Origin: Octopus bimaculoides
Lineage: Eukaryota
Direction: 5' to 3'
Assembly (NCBI RefSeq): GCF_001194135.2
Contig: NC_068994.1
Location: 40,789,312-40,853,206, forward strand
DNA: 63,895 bases
Shown: in pieces, positions 38,807-50,170 of the stretch
Layout of the letters: every line of letters starts with the position of its first letter
Position numbering within the stretch: the first letter of the stretch is position 1
Made by a program: the position numbers and the translations under genes
Notes under the pieces: generated by a model
Database searches by the model: none
Seen by the model: only the letters and a program-made list of their open reading frames with translations
Told to the model about the DNA's origin: nothing

Positions 38807-39566
38807 GTATTCTTTGATCAGTTTCAGCCATGTGGCTGCAATCAGGCTAGAGGGCCATGGCTGTAAGTACGTACGTATGAATATACATATGTGATTGCGC
38901 GTGCATGACTGTGTATGTATATGTGTCATTGTGTAGATACCTATGTATGCAAATAGGAATGCGATTAAATCAAGGCGCACTCAACATATACCAAGGGGCA
39001 TAATCATTGGTATTATATAATGAAACTGTGAAAAGTTTATTTAATTTTCACGGGTGCAATTATATATCTAATACGCTTAACTCTGATTTATGATATAGTC
39101 ATAGCGTCTATACAGGGATGATTATCATTTCAATAAAAGTTCGAATCCTCTGGTTAGAATCTAAATGACTGACTTTAGGTGTTATGTTAATAGTCAGGGA
39201 TACTAGATGAAATAATTGCCACTGCCTTCGATAAGGTATTCTCTTAAAAGTTTGTTCTTAATTCACCATTCAAGTGGAAATAAGTGCATAAATTTTATTG
39301 CAATATTCATTTAATGAAATTTGTAGAAAACGGAAAAGCTATTCTCGCCACCATCCAGGATATTACAGTTGCATGTCGCACCGCAGATGTTAAGATTTGG
39401 TTCTAACATCTAATAGAAACTGACCAATCATGTAAATATGCTTTACACATCATCGAATTGTAAATAGCCGTCAATGTTACGCGTCGGAAATATTCGACGT
39501 GACTGAACGTCTACGAACCATTAAATAGACGACTCCTATGAATGTTGTCAGCGCAAAACAGACATA

Positions 39567-39638
<72 letters not shown>

Positions 39639-39750
39639 CTCATTCTCTCTGTTTCTCTCTGTCTGTCTCGCTCTCGCTCTTTCGCTCTGTCCCTCTTTCT
39701 CTCTTATATATAAACCTCTGCATGAGTATGTGTATATATGCATGTATGTT

Positions 39751-39810
<60 letters not shown>

Positions 39811-40676
39811 ATCACAATAAGCAACAAGATATCAAGTGGTGATGCAGTACGACCGCTTCAAGCGGCTCCATTTAGCTGGACAATGCAATCATTACATCAA
39901 TTTAAATGCAGGGCTATCCTCAGCTGCATAAATAAATAGAATTTTTAATCAGTTGGGCATATTAATATAATTTTACTGAAATTATCTAATGGAGCAAGAA
40001 GAGGGAAATAGTATATATACACTCAAATGTATATATATAAATGTATATGTGTGTGCGCCAGTTCGCGCGCATGTGTGTTGTAAACTTTGTGCTGGATGGA
40101 ATGTTTTAGTTCACTCCAAGTCATATCAGAGCAGCTAAGTCTCCTTTGATTCTCGGACTCATATAAGTTAAGAGATAGAAAGTCTCATTAACAGTTTTGG
40201 GTGTTGAGGTAAACATTTCATATCTGACAATAGTGGAATGAAAACAACTAAATGGTATTAGTGGTAGAAATTTAATAGAAATACTCAAGTTCATAAAGTA
40301 CTTAAAAAATACATGGCAGCAGTCATTTGGGTGACGAAATATAACTGTCTGGTGGGGGGTGGAGATGAAACATTTGCATAAGAAATATAGACAAATATAG
40401 AAAAGATGAAAGTAATAGAGAAAATAACAACGAATGATGAAAAATTATTATAAATGGATTAAAAAATAACTCAGTAGACGGTCATGTGTGAAAACTAAAC
40501 TCAAGGCAATTCAAGTTTTGCTCTTCAAATGTTCTTGTATTTGCCTCTTTATGTATCTTTATGTAGTTGCGTGGAGTTTACAGACACGTCTTAAAAGGCC
40601 TACTAAGAATTCATAGGTAAATATTCTTGCGAATAGAACTTATGTCATCTGAAGAAAATTAAAGTACCAATATAAA

Positions 40677-40994
40677 TTGTAAAGAATAAAACGTTTGAAT
40701 GGTACAACAGTGCACTATAATACAAAAAAAATCGACTATATGCATGTAATTTAGTTATCCATAGTTCGATGATATTTCGGAATACAATTCCTTCTTCAGA
40801 TATTCTTAGACGGAATCGCTGCTATAATCGTTTTTCTATTAAACTCCAGAGACTCCATCTAAGAATATCTGAAGAAGGAATTGCATTCCGAAATATCATC
40901 GGACTATGGTTAACTAAATTACAACAGGTATATAGTCCATTTTTTTGTATTATAGTGCATTGTTGTACCATTCAAAACTTTTTGATCTTTACAA
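40677..40994. repeat. Long inverted repeat / foldback element (arms 141 and 144 bp, 33-nt loop)
   Basis: Hand alignment of 40677-40817 with the rc of 40851-40994 gives 12 mismatches and 2 indels (about 90%). Confidence 0.95.
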
Positions 40995-41065
40995 GCAATG
41001 CACAATGCTTCAAGCGAACGACAATACTCTCCTTCCAATATAATTATATATATATATGCAAATAA

Positions 41066-41395
41066 TAGGAGCGCTCTGTCGGTTACAAAGACGAGGGTAG
41101 CAGATGATACGATCAACGGAACAGTTTGCTAGGGAAATCAACGTGCAAGTAACTGAGCACTCCAAAGACACGTGTACACTTAATGTAGTCCCCAGGGAAG
41201 TTCAGACTGACACAGATTATGAAAATGCTGCTGGCCCTTTGAAATACAGGTACTATTCATTTTTGCCAGCTGAATGGACTGGAGCAACATGAAATAAAGT
41301 GTCTTGCTCAAGGACAAAATACGCCACTATATGTTGAACTCCCGACCTTATGATCATGAGCCGAATGCCCTAACCGCTGAGCCATGCGCCTTCAC
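41066..41395 (-). mobile_element. Family B SINE with an alternative 3' tail
   Basis: Head rc CCTAACCGCTGAGCCATGCGCCTTCAC; CORE rc GGACTGGAGCAACATGAAATAAAGTGTCTTGCTCAAGGAC; tail differs from that of the 9748 copy. Confidence 0.85.
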
Positions 41396-41419
41396 ACACA
41401 CACACACACACACACACAC

Positions 41420-42092
41420 NNNNNNNNNNNNNNNNNNNNNNNNNNNNNNNNNNNNNNNNNNNNNNNNNNNNNNNNNNNNNNNNNNNNNNNNNNNNNNNNN
41501 NNNNNNNNNNNNNNNNNNNNNNNNNNNNNNNNNNNNNNNNNNNNNNNNNNNNNNNNNNNNNNNNNNNNNNNNNNNNNNNNNNNNNNNNNNNNNNNNNNNN
41601 NNNNNNNNNNNNNNNNNNNNNNNNNNNNNNNNNNNNNNNNNNNNNNNNNNNNNNNNNNNNNNNNNNNNNNNNNNNNNNNNNNNNNNNNNNNNNNNNNNNN
41701 NNNNNNNNNNNNNNNNNNNNNNNNNNNNNNNNNNNNNNNNNNNNNNNNNNNNNNNNNNNNNNNNNNNNNNNNNNNNNNNNNNNNNNNNNNNNNNNNNNNN
41801 NNNNNNNNNNNNNNNNNNNNNNNNNNNNNNNNNNNNNNNNNNNNNNNNNNNNNNNNNNNNNNNNNNNNNNNNNNNNNNNNNNNNNNNNNNNNNNNNNNNN
41901 NNNNNNNNNNNNNNNNNNNNNNNNNNNNNNNNNNNNNNNNNNNNNNNNNNNNNNNNNNNNNNNNNNNNNNNNNNNNNNNNNNNNNNNNNNNNNNNNNNNN
42001 NNNNNNNNNNNNNNNNNNNNNNNNNNNNNNNNNNNNNNNNNNNNNNNNNNNNNNNNNNNNNNNNNNNNNNNNNNNNNNNNNNNNNNNNNNNN
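41420..42092. other. Assembly gap (one of many; other large gaps at 9178-9563, 47434-47967, 48796-49470)
   Basis: N-runs, mostly bounded by (TA)n/(CA)n; they generate the long poly-X ORFs. Confidence 1.
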
Positions 42093-44387
42093 ATATATAT
42101 ATATATATATAAATGTATGTATCCATTTATAAGCATGCATATAGGAGTGTAATTCACGATAAAGGAGGCTTGTCATATATGGGGATTGATGTTTATCAGT
42201 TGCGTAGAAATGCAATCTAAATTTAGGTGAATTGCAATTTAGTCGTGTAAATGCTAAGAAATATGTTCAAATAATTATCAATATATGAAACTAGTTTCTG
42301 ACAAAATTAAAAGCTTATGAACAGATATCTGCATTAAAGAGAATTCTATATCTTTTCTCAGTAATGGTTTTCTGAAACGTTACCAACAATGTGGGCAAAT
42401 TTTAGTATCTAGATCAGATTTACATTTAAACACTTAGATAAAATATGAATGCAATCGTACAATAATTTCTATGTATATAAAACGCTAGAAATAAATTACA
42501 TCTTACGATTCATGAAATCACGCTTTTACCATTATCTCATTAACTTGTACATCAAGCTGTCCTCATCAGGCAGCCACGATGTCATCCTACAATATCAATA
42601 TTCGTGTAGCTGCTTCAGAGTTCTCATTTCATATTTTGTTTCTTTCGTAGTGTATGACGAAAGGACATTTGAGTTACAATCGTTTTTCTATTAAATTTTT
42701 CCCAATAAATTGTGTTCCAAAATAACTTCTGCTCCCAAATGCGGGTGTACTCTGAAGACAGGAAGGAGATATAAAGGAATAATTTCAACGATGACTTCAA
42801 TCTAATACTGTCAAACGTGTGATTTACAGAAAAAATGAGACTGAATGTGAACATGAAAACTTTCGGACACAGATTATGATCACACACAATTTCAAAAACC
42901 CGCTGGATACTTCTGATGAGCGACAAGCTCGTGCAAAATAGTTAGGCTGCATATAAACATTATAAACACCTACAGCAACGCTAGATCAGCGATCCCCCCA
43001 CTATATGCAGAAGCTGTATCCCGGCTATGCCCACAGAATCTGTTGATCAGGTAACTTCATGGACTTTCAATTGATATCATGTTCGACATTTCGAACAATT
43101 CCTTAGCCAATAATTGGAGGCGAGAGATAAATGCAATACTCCCAGCTTAAAGAAGGAGTTGCAGTAATAAATGTTATGAACTACAGCATGTGCGGCAATA
43201 TCAGTTTATCGGTGCCATCAGTGTCATGTACAAAATCGCCCATCAAGTTTGTGCAAGTCCCATAGGGACAAATGCATTTCCAAATACAGCACAAATCATT
43301 TGAAATGATACAGTAGCTCCTTCTCCCGATCGTATAATATGTGGAAAATAATGCAAATATTCCTCCGAAATTCTCAAGTTAAAATAAATAAAAAGCATGA
43401 ATTTATAGACGTAACTTGAAATTTGGGTTCGATACGTAAACAATGATTACAATAATGTATGTCTTAGCAATGGCAATAATTATGCTAACAAATGCCATTC
43501 CAGACTCACATAGCCTACACACAGCTGAAGTGATATATTTAATAGAGACCGCAAACACTAAGATATTCAGTTAACGCGTTCGACTATCTTCGATATATCA
43601 GAGAAATAATAACCAGTACACATTGAAAATATTATTCACTGAAAGGCTTCTGGGTGGAAAGTAGAAGAAGAAGGAAGGCTAGAATAAATTTCAACTGTTT
43701 GCACATATCCTTCGTAACTCCAAGTACAGTTCGTAATCAGCTGTTAAAATGTGTTATGTATTTTCAAAAAGACTGTTAGCTTCGAGCGTATGAAAGAGCT
43801 GGGGAATATTATTTCTCTTTCCTATGTAAAAGTAAACAAAATATTCAAACGTATGCCATGTTACTAAAGATGAATTATCATAATCGATACGATAACCATG
43901 GTCCAACTGCGTGGACTGTTTACAATTTGCATTTGTAGTAGACGGGAAATGAAAACATTGAAGAGAAATACAAAGATCACGAACCAGTTACTTCTTGGCT
44001 TAGTAACATCGTATTTCTTTAAAATAACATTAATAATACATTTGAGGAGATTATTTCTTTCAGATATAATTGGGTATATGAAAGGGAAACCTTTTCAAAA
44101 TCCTATAATTCTTTCAATTAATTGCTTCGCCACTTTTTAACATGCGGCATAGCATCTTTTTCTTCATGTTTTTCATATGATTGTATAGTCTGCTAGATAA
44201 CATTGTTACTTACGATACCGTCTCCAAATCTGATAAATAATCAATGTGTTAAAGTCGGTTTAGACAAATCTATGACGTCAAAATAGAATGATGATGATAC
44301 TCAAAGCCTTATGACGCAATTCTCGCGCAAATGTCATTAAAACCTAAAAATAATTTCTTACACAGTTAATAAATATATATATATATA

Positions 44388-44635
44388 TAAAGTGATGGTT
44401 TGTTGCCAACTTAATGTGGCAGTCCCAGGAAAGGGGTGAAAGGTACGGCTATTTAGCACCAAGAAACACCGTTTCTAGTTGACTACGTGACACAAGCGTT
44501 GTGTGTCTTTCAGTTTTCAAACAGAGGTGATATGCACCTCCACCAAACAAAGCCAGCATTTAGGGGCTAAATAGCAGTAGTAGTCTTCCCTTTCCTGGGA
44601 CTGCGACATTAAGTTGGCAAGAGACCATCTCTTTA
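44388..44635. mobile_element. MITE with long TIRs, superfamily unassigned
   Basis: TAAAGTGATGGTTTGTTGCCAACTTAATGTGGCAGTCCCAGGAAAGGG vs rc TAAAGAGATGGTCTCTTGCCAACTTAATGTCGCAGTCCCAGGAAAGGG (44/48), extending to about 70 bp (GCTATTTAGC). Confidence 0.85.
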
Positions 44636-45040
44636 TTGTGCTGCTATTGCAAAACTCTCGATAAGAGATTTAGAAATGCAAATGCAATATTTCTTTTAAA
44701 TATATATATATATATATATATATANNNNNNNNNNNNNNNNNNNNNNNNNNNNNNNNNNNNNNNNNNNNNNNNNNNNNNNNNNNNNNNNNNNNNNNNNNNN
44801 NNNNNNNNNNNNNNNNNNNNNNNNNNNNNNNNNNNNNNNNNNNNNNNNNNNNNNNNNNNNNNNNNNNNNNNNNNNNNNNNNNNNNNNNNNNNNNNNNNNN
44901 NNNNNNNNNNNNNNNNNNNNNNNNNNNNNNNNNNNNNNNNNNNNNNNNNNNNNNNNNNNNNNNNNNNNNNNNNNNNNNNNNNNNNNNNNNNNNNNNNNNN
45001 NNNNNNNNNNNNNNNNNNNNNNNNNNNNNNNNNNNNNNNN

Positions 45041-45245
45041 GTATATATACACATATGTGTGTGTGTGTGTTTGTCCCTCCAACATTGCTTGACAACCGAT
45101 GCTGGTGTGTTTACGTCCCCGTAACACTAGCGGTTCGGCAAAAGAGACCGATACAATAAGTCCTTGGGTCGATTTGCTCGACTAAAGGCGGTGCTCCAGC
45201 ATGGCCACAGTCAAATGACTGAAACAAGTAAAAGAGTAAAAGAGT
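45041..45245 (+). mobile_element. Family A SINE, 3' half emerging from a gap
   Basis: TTTGTCCCTCCAACATTGCTTGACAACCGATGCTGG...GACTGAAACAAGTAAAAGAGTAAAAGAG. Confidence 0.85.
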
Positions 45246-45317
45246 ATATATACACATATGTGTGTGTGTGTGTTTGTGTATGTGTGTGTGTAAGTGTGCG
45301 TGTTTGTGTGTATTATC

Positions 45318-45633
45318 GGCATAAACCTAAAAAAAGGTTTAAGGATGGCATAAGGACTGCTATGAAGTCAATTGGAATGGCTCCAAAAGATATAGAAGTC
45401 CTCGCTTCAGATCGAGTTGGATGGCGAACAAGGGTGTGGAGTGGAGTGAAAGCATTTGAAGAGGCCAGGATGATGCAAGCAGGGATCAAGAGACATTTAA
45501 GGAAAAAGGTGAAGACTGAGAAGGTGAATGACAAGGACCTTTTTGTGTGCACAGTCTGTGACAGACCATGTCTGTCCTTGACTGGCCTCAAATCTCACCT
45601 GCGAACCCATGGAAAACAAACCTCACCCAGCTA
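45318..45633 (+). mobile_element. RTE-BovB-type LINE, ORF C-terminus with C2H2 zinc finger
   Basis: Open frame KPKKRFKDGIRTAMK...LASDRVGWR...GVKAFEEAR...KRHLRK...FVCTVCDRPCLSLTGLKSHLRTH; truncated by a gap. Confidence 0.85.
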
Positions 45634-45969
45634 NNNNNNNNNNNNNNNNNNNNNNNNNNNNNNNNNNNNNNNNNNNNNNNNNNNNNNNNNNNNNNNNNNN
45701 NNNNNNNNNNNNNNNNNNNNNNNNNNNNNNNNNNNNNNNNNNNNNNNNNNNNNNNNNNNNNNNNNNNNNNNNNNNNNNNNNNNNNNNNNNNNNNNNNNNN
45801 NNNNNNNNNNNNNNNNNNNNNNNNNNNNNNNNNNNNNNNNNNNNNNNNNNNNNNNNNNNNNNNNNNNNNNNNNNNNNNNNNNNNNNNNNNNNNNNNNNNN
45901 NNNNNNNNNNNNNNNNNNNNNNNNNNNNNNNNNNNNNNNNNNNNNNNNNNNNTATATATATATATATAT

Positions 45970-46215
45970 AGTCAATTCAACGACCAAAACAAGAGAACGA
46001 ATAAAAAACGTAGAGAGAAAAAAATGGAAACATAAACAAAAGACAAAAAAAACAAACAAACGTGAAGTCGTACACAAAACTCATATTAGTTTGGATGCTC
46101 GGTGAAAGGAGAGAGTTTTAACGTTTCGAGCATGGCTCGTCGTCGGAAAGGAGGAAAGGAAGAGTTCTGAGAATAAGGAAAAAGGAAAATCACCAACCGC
46201 CCATTTGTGGTTACA
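45970..46215 (-). mobile_element. Penelope-like terminal repeat fragment
   Basis: ATTAGTTTGGATGCTCGG..TTAACGTTTCGAGCATGGCTCGTCGTCGGAAAGG with T-rich downstream sequence on the minus strand; related copies at 31.0 and 48.05 kb. Confidence 0.55.
46116..46151 (-). ncRNA. Minimal type I hammerhead-ribozyme-like motif (variant core)
   Basis: Minus strand: CCTTT-CCGACGA-C-GAGC-CAT-GCTC-GAAAC-GTT-AAAA; core order C3..A9, helix II, GAAA, palindromic AACGTT, NUH triplet; U4 to C deviation and only a 3-bp helix I. Confidence 0.45.
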
Positions 46216-46734
46216 TTTACATTCACTCACACACATCTATACAGATACGTACATAGATGCATATTTGTACGTATGGGTATCTGTTTCTATATAAATATCT
46301 ATATCTTTGTATGTGCATATACATTCGATCACACGTATACTTAACCACATACTGTTCGTGAAGCAGAAAGAAAGCAGTAAAGACGAATACTATTCGCATA
46401 TACTTACGAGTTCAATTAAGGAGGTATTTAAGAATTATAACTGAAGTCTCCTATTTATTGGGCTAGTTAGCTGTAAATCGTTGCACACTTAGTGAATTAT
46501 TAATGCTAAAATCGTATAACTATATTGTATAGAATAGCCATTACAATTCTTTCCAAAATGAAGATCTATCTTCTTCCGTATTAATCTCCCCAAAGTGTTA
46601 ATTTTGTACTGAATGCCTCGATATATTTAATATTTAGAAAGGTAAACATTTGAATTTAAAGACTAATTAAAGATTTTTAAATATTAATTACTCTGTGCCG
46701 AGACATAAATATTTATATAAGTTTGCCTAACAAC

Positions 46735-47095
46735 TACGACACTGTTGGTTACGATGATGAGGTGACAGTCGATCCAATAAACGGAATAGCCTGCTTGTGA
46801 ACTTAACGTGCAACTGGCTGTGAATTTCACAGACTACCAGTAACGTAGTCCTTAGGGAATTCCACATACTACCAGTAACGTAGTCCTTAGGGAATTCCAC
46901 AGACTACCATAAAGTAGTCCTTAGGGAATTCCACAGACTACCATTAACGTAGTCCTTAGGGATATTCAACATGACACAGACTGTGACGATGTAGGCCCTT
47001 TGAAATTCAGGTAACACTCATTTTGCCGGCCGAGTGAAAAAATGTGTCTTGCCCAAGGACACAACACACTACTCCTTAAGTGCTACACTCTGACT
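46735..47095 (-). mobile_element. Family B SINE (alternative tail) with an internal tandem expansion and a damaged head
   Basis: Aligns to 41066-41395 on both sides of the 35-bp array. Confidence 0.75.
46826..46963. repeat. 34-35-bp minisatellite, 4 copies, hairpin-forming
   Basis: Unit TCCACAGACTACCAGTAACGTAGTCCTTAGGGAAT; GACTAC..GTAGTC inverted pair. Confidence 0.95.
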
Positions 47096-47209
47096 CCCGT
47101 CTATCAGTCCATAAGGATTTTAAATATTATTTTACGCGTACATACTCATGCGTTGGTTTTCTAATTGAATATCCCTTCAAATAACAGTGGTTAGTAAGGA
47201 TTTATTGAG

Positions 47210-47400
47210 AGGCGTGGCTATGTGCTAGGAAGTTTGCGTCCCAAGAACATGGTTCCAGGTTCAGTCACACTTCGTAACTATCGGTCTCTTTTGCCGAACC
47301 GCTAGATTACGGGGACGTAAACACACCAGCATCGGTTATCAAGTGATATTGGGGGGACAAACAGAGACAAACAAACGCACACACACACACACCCACACAC
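47210..47400. mobile_element. Rearranged family A SINE (+ strand head fused to - strand body)
   Basis: GGCGTGGCTATGTG..GGTTCAGTCACACTTCGTAA|CTATCGGTCTCTTTTGCCGAACCGCT; junction at about 47278. Confidence 0.75.
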
Positions 47401-47999
47401 ACACACACACACATATATACGTATATATATATANNNNNNNNNNNNNNNNNNNNNNNNNNNNNNNNNNNNNNNNNNNNNNNNNNNNNNNNNNNNNNNNNNN
47501 NNNNNNNNNNNNNNNNNNNNNNNNNNNNNNNNNNNNNNNNNNNNNNNNNNNNNNNNNNNNNNNNNNNNNNNNNNNNNNNNNNNNNNNNNNNNNNNNNNNN
47601 NNNNNNNNNNNNNNNNNNNNNNNNNNNNNNNNNNNNNNNNNNNNNNNNNNNNNNNNNNNNNNNNNNNNNNNNNNNNNNNNNNNNNNNNNNNNNNNNNNNN
47701 NNNNNNNNNNNNNNNNNNNNNNNNNNNNNNNNNNNNNNNNNNNNNNNNNNNNNNNNNNNNNNNNNNNNNNNNNNNNNNNNNNNNNNNNNNNNNNNNNNNN
47801 NNNNNNNNNNNNNNNNNNNNNNNNNNNNNNNNNNNNNNNNNNNNNNNNNNNNNNNNNNNNNNNNNNNNNNNNNNNNNNNNNNNNNNNNNNNNNNNNNNNN
47901 NNNNNNNNNNNNNNNNNNNNNNNNNNNNNNNNNNNNNNNNNNNNNNNNNNNNNNNNNNNNNNNNNNNCACACACACACACACACACGCACACATATACT

Positions 48000-48130
48000 C
48001 AATTTAAATAAAAATTTACGGACAGCAAGAAATGCATTAGCTTGACGCTTGATGAAAAGAGCAGGCGTGACATTTCTAGCTTACCGCTTCGTCGGAAAAG
48101 GAGAAGAGAAAAGTCCAAAGAAGGAAACGA
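48000..48130 (-). mobile_element. Penelope-like terminal repeat fragment with a second hammerhead-like motif (48061-48100)
   Basis: Minus strand: CCTTTT-CCGACGA-AGC-GGTAA-GCT-A-GAAAT-GTC; preceded on + by ATTAGCTTGACGCTTG, as in the 46.1-kb copy. Confidence 0.5.
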
Positions 48131-48469
48131 AATCGCCAACAGCTCGTGTGTAAATCTATTGCTGAAGTGACCGGGAGTAGAAAAAGATAGCAACAGTGAG
48201 CTAACTCCATTGTTGGTGTGACTGGAAGTAGAAAGAGATAGCAAAAGTAGGTTCTTGGGACAAGAGAGTGAGAAGATGGTCAGTGTGTATGTGTGTTGTA
48301 GATTGTGTATGTGCGCGCGTGTGTATTTGTTTGATTAGTATGTGTGTGTGGCAGTATCAGTGTGCGTGTGTGTATGTGTGAGTAGTGTGTATGCGTGTGT
48401 GTGCGTGTGTGTTTGTGTGCGTGTGTGTTTGTGTGAGTAGTTTGTGTGTGTGTGCGTGTTGTAGTATCA

Positions 48470-48707
48470 GCGTTCCTGTGTGTTCTACCCACAAGGGGCT
48501 ACACACAGAGGGGACAAACAAGGATAGACAAACGGATTAAGTCGATTATATCGACTCCAGTGCGTAACTGGTACTTATTTAATCGACCCCGAAAGGATGA
48601 AAGGCAAAGTCGTCCTCGGCGGAATTTGAACTCAGAACGTAGCGGCAGACGAAATACCGCTGGGCATTTCGTCGGGCGTGCTAACGTTTCTGCCAGCTCG
48701 CCGCCTT
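48470..48707 (-). mobile_element. Family C SINE, very young, alternative 3' tail
   Basis: CpG-intact head AAGGCGGCGAGCTGGCAGAAACGTTAGCACGCCC and core; tail AATCCGTTTGTCTATCCTTGTTTGTCCCCTCTG differs from other family C copies. Confidence 0.9.
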
Positions 48708-49470
48708 GGCAGTGTATGTGTGTGTGTGTGTGTGGTAGTATAAGTGTGCGTGTGTATTTGTATTTGTGTCAGTCACCGAGAAGGTGACCGTTGTGNNNNN
48801 NNNNNNNNNNNNNNNNNNNNNNNNNNNNNNNNNNNNNNNNNNNNNNNNNNNNNNNNNNNNNNNNNNNNNNNNNNNNNNNNNNNNNNNNNNNNNNNNNNNN
48901 NNNNNNNNNNNNNNNNNNNNNNNNNNNNNNNNNNNNNNNNNNNNNNNNNNNNNNNNNNNNNNNNNNNNNNNNNNNNNNNNNNNNNNNNNNNNNNNNNNNN
49001 NNNNNNNNNNNNNNNNNNNNNNNNNNNNNNNNNNNNNNNNNNNNNNNNNNNNNNNNNNNNNNNNNNNNNNNNNNNNNNNNNNNNNNNNNNNNNNNNNNNN
49101 NNNNNNNNNNNNNNNNNNNNNNNNNNNNNNNNNNNNNNNNNNNNNNNNNNNNNNNNNNNNNNNNNNNNNNNNNNNNNNNNNNNNNNNNNNNNNNNNNNNN
49201 NNNNNNNNNNNNNNNNNNNNNNNNNNNNNNNNNNNNNNNNNNNNNNNNNNNNNNNNNNNNNNNNNNNNNNNNNNNNNNNNNNNNNNNNNNNNNNNNNNNN
49301 NNNNNNNNNNNNNNNNNNNNNNNNNNNNNNNNNNNNNNNNNNNNNNNNNNNNNNNNNNNNNNNNNNNNNNNNNNNNNNNNNNNNNNNNNNNNNNNNNNNN
49401 NNNNNNNNNNNNNNNNNNNNNNNNNNNNNNNNNNNNNNNNNNNNNNNNNNNNNNNNNNNNNNNNNNNNNT

Positions 49471-49525
49471 GGGTGTGTGTGTGTGTGTGTATATGCATAC
49501 ATGTATGCGCGTTCTCTGTACGTAG

Positions 49526-49568
<43 letters not shown>

Positions 49569-50170
49569 GATGTGTCTATGTGCATGTGAGCGCGTACGTG
49601 TGAATGTGGTGTTGTGACGGGGTTTGAGGGGGCGAAATGCCAAGTGTATATGTGTGAAACCCTGTGTATGTAAACATGCGTGTGTGTCTGTGTGTGAGTA
49701 GGTGCTCTATGTGGAAGTGTATGTGTGGCCATGTGTGGAGGATGTGTATATATTAGTATGTGTGTGTGGGCGTATAAGTGTGTTTGTATGTGTGTGTGGT
49801 TGTGGAGGAGGGCATGAGTGAGTGTGTAAATACATGAGTATGTGTGTGTGTGTGTCTGTCTGCATATAAATGTGCGTACGAGTGTGTGTAAGGAGGACCT
49901 CTATGTGGGTGTGTGTCTCTCTGTGCGGATGTATATGTGTGTGTATATGTGTACATGCATATGTGTATATATGTGTGTGTATGTACGTTGGTGCGTATGT
50001 GTGTATGTGCTATGTCTGCGGTTGGAAGGTATGATATTTTCATGTCGAGATAAGTCAACATGTGTGTGTGTGTGTGTGTGCGTGTGTATGTTAGTGTGTG
50101 TGTGTGGTATGTGTCTGTATATTATGTGGTTGTACTCAAGCTATTAGTATTGGTCTGCGTGTGTGCGAAA
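49471..50170. repeat. Long degenerate (GT)n/(GTAT)n low-complexity tract
   Basis: Direct reading. Confidence 0.95.

Noticed and set aside
39400-39520. CCAAT box and CRE-like ACGTGA motifs in CpG-rich DNA (possible promoter)
   Set aside because: Short motifs only, with no downstream exon or TSS evidence.
43150-43300. GAISVMYKIAH, resembling a CR1-group C-terminal motif
   Set aside because: A single weak motif with no corroborating upstream RT motifs that I could read.
46826-46963. CRISPR-like array of ~35-bp palindromic repeats
   Set aside because: No unique spacers, no cas genes, eukaryotic context, and the unit derives from a SINE.
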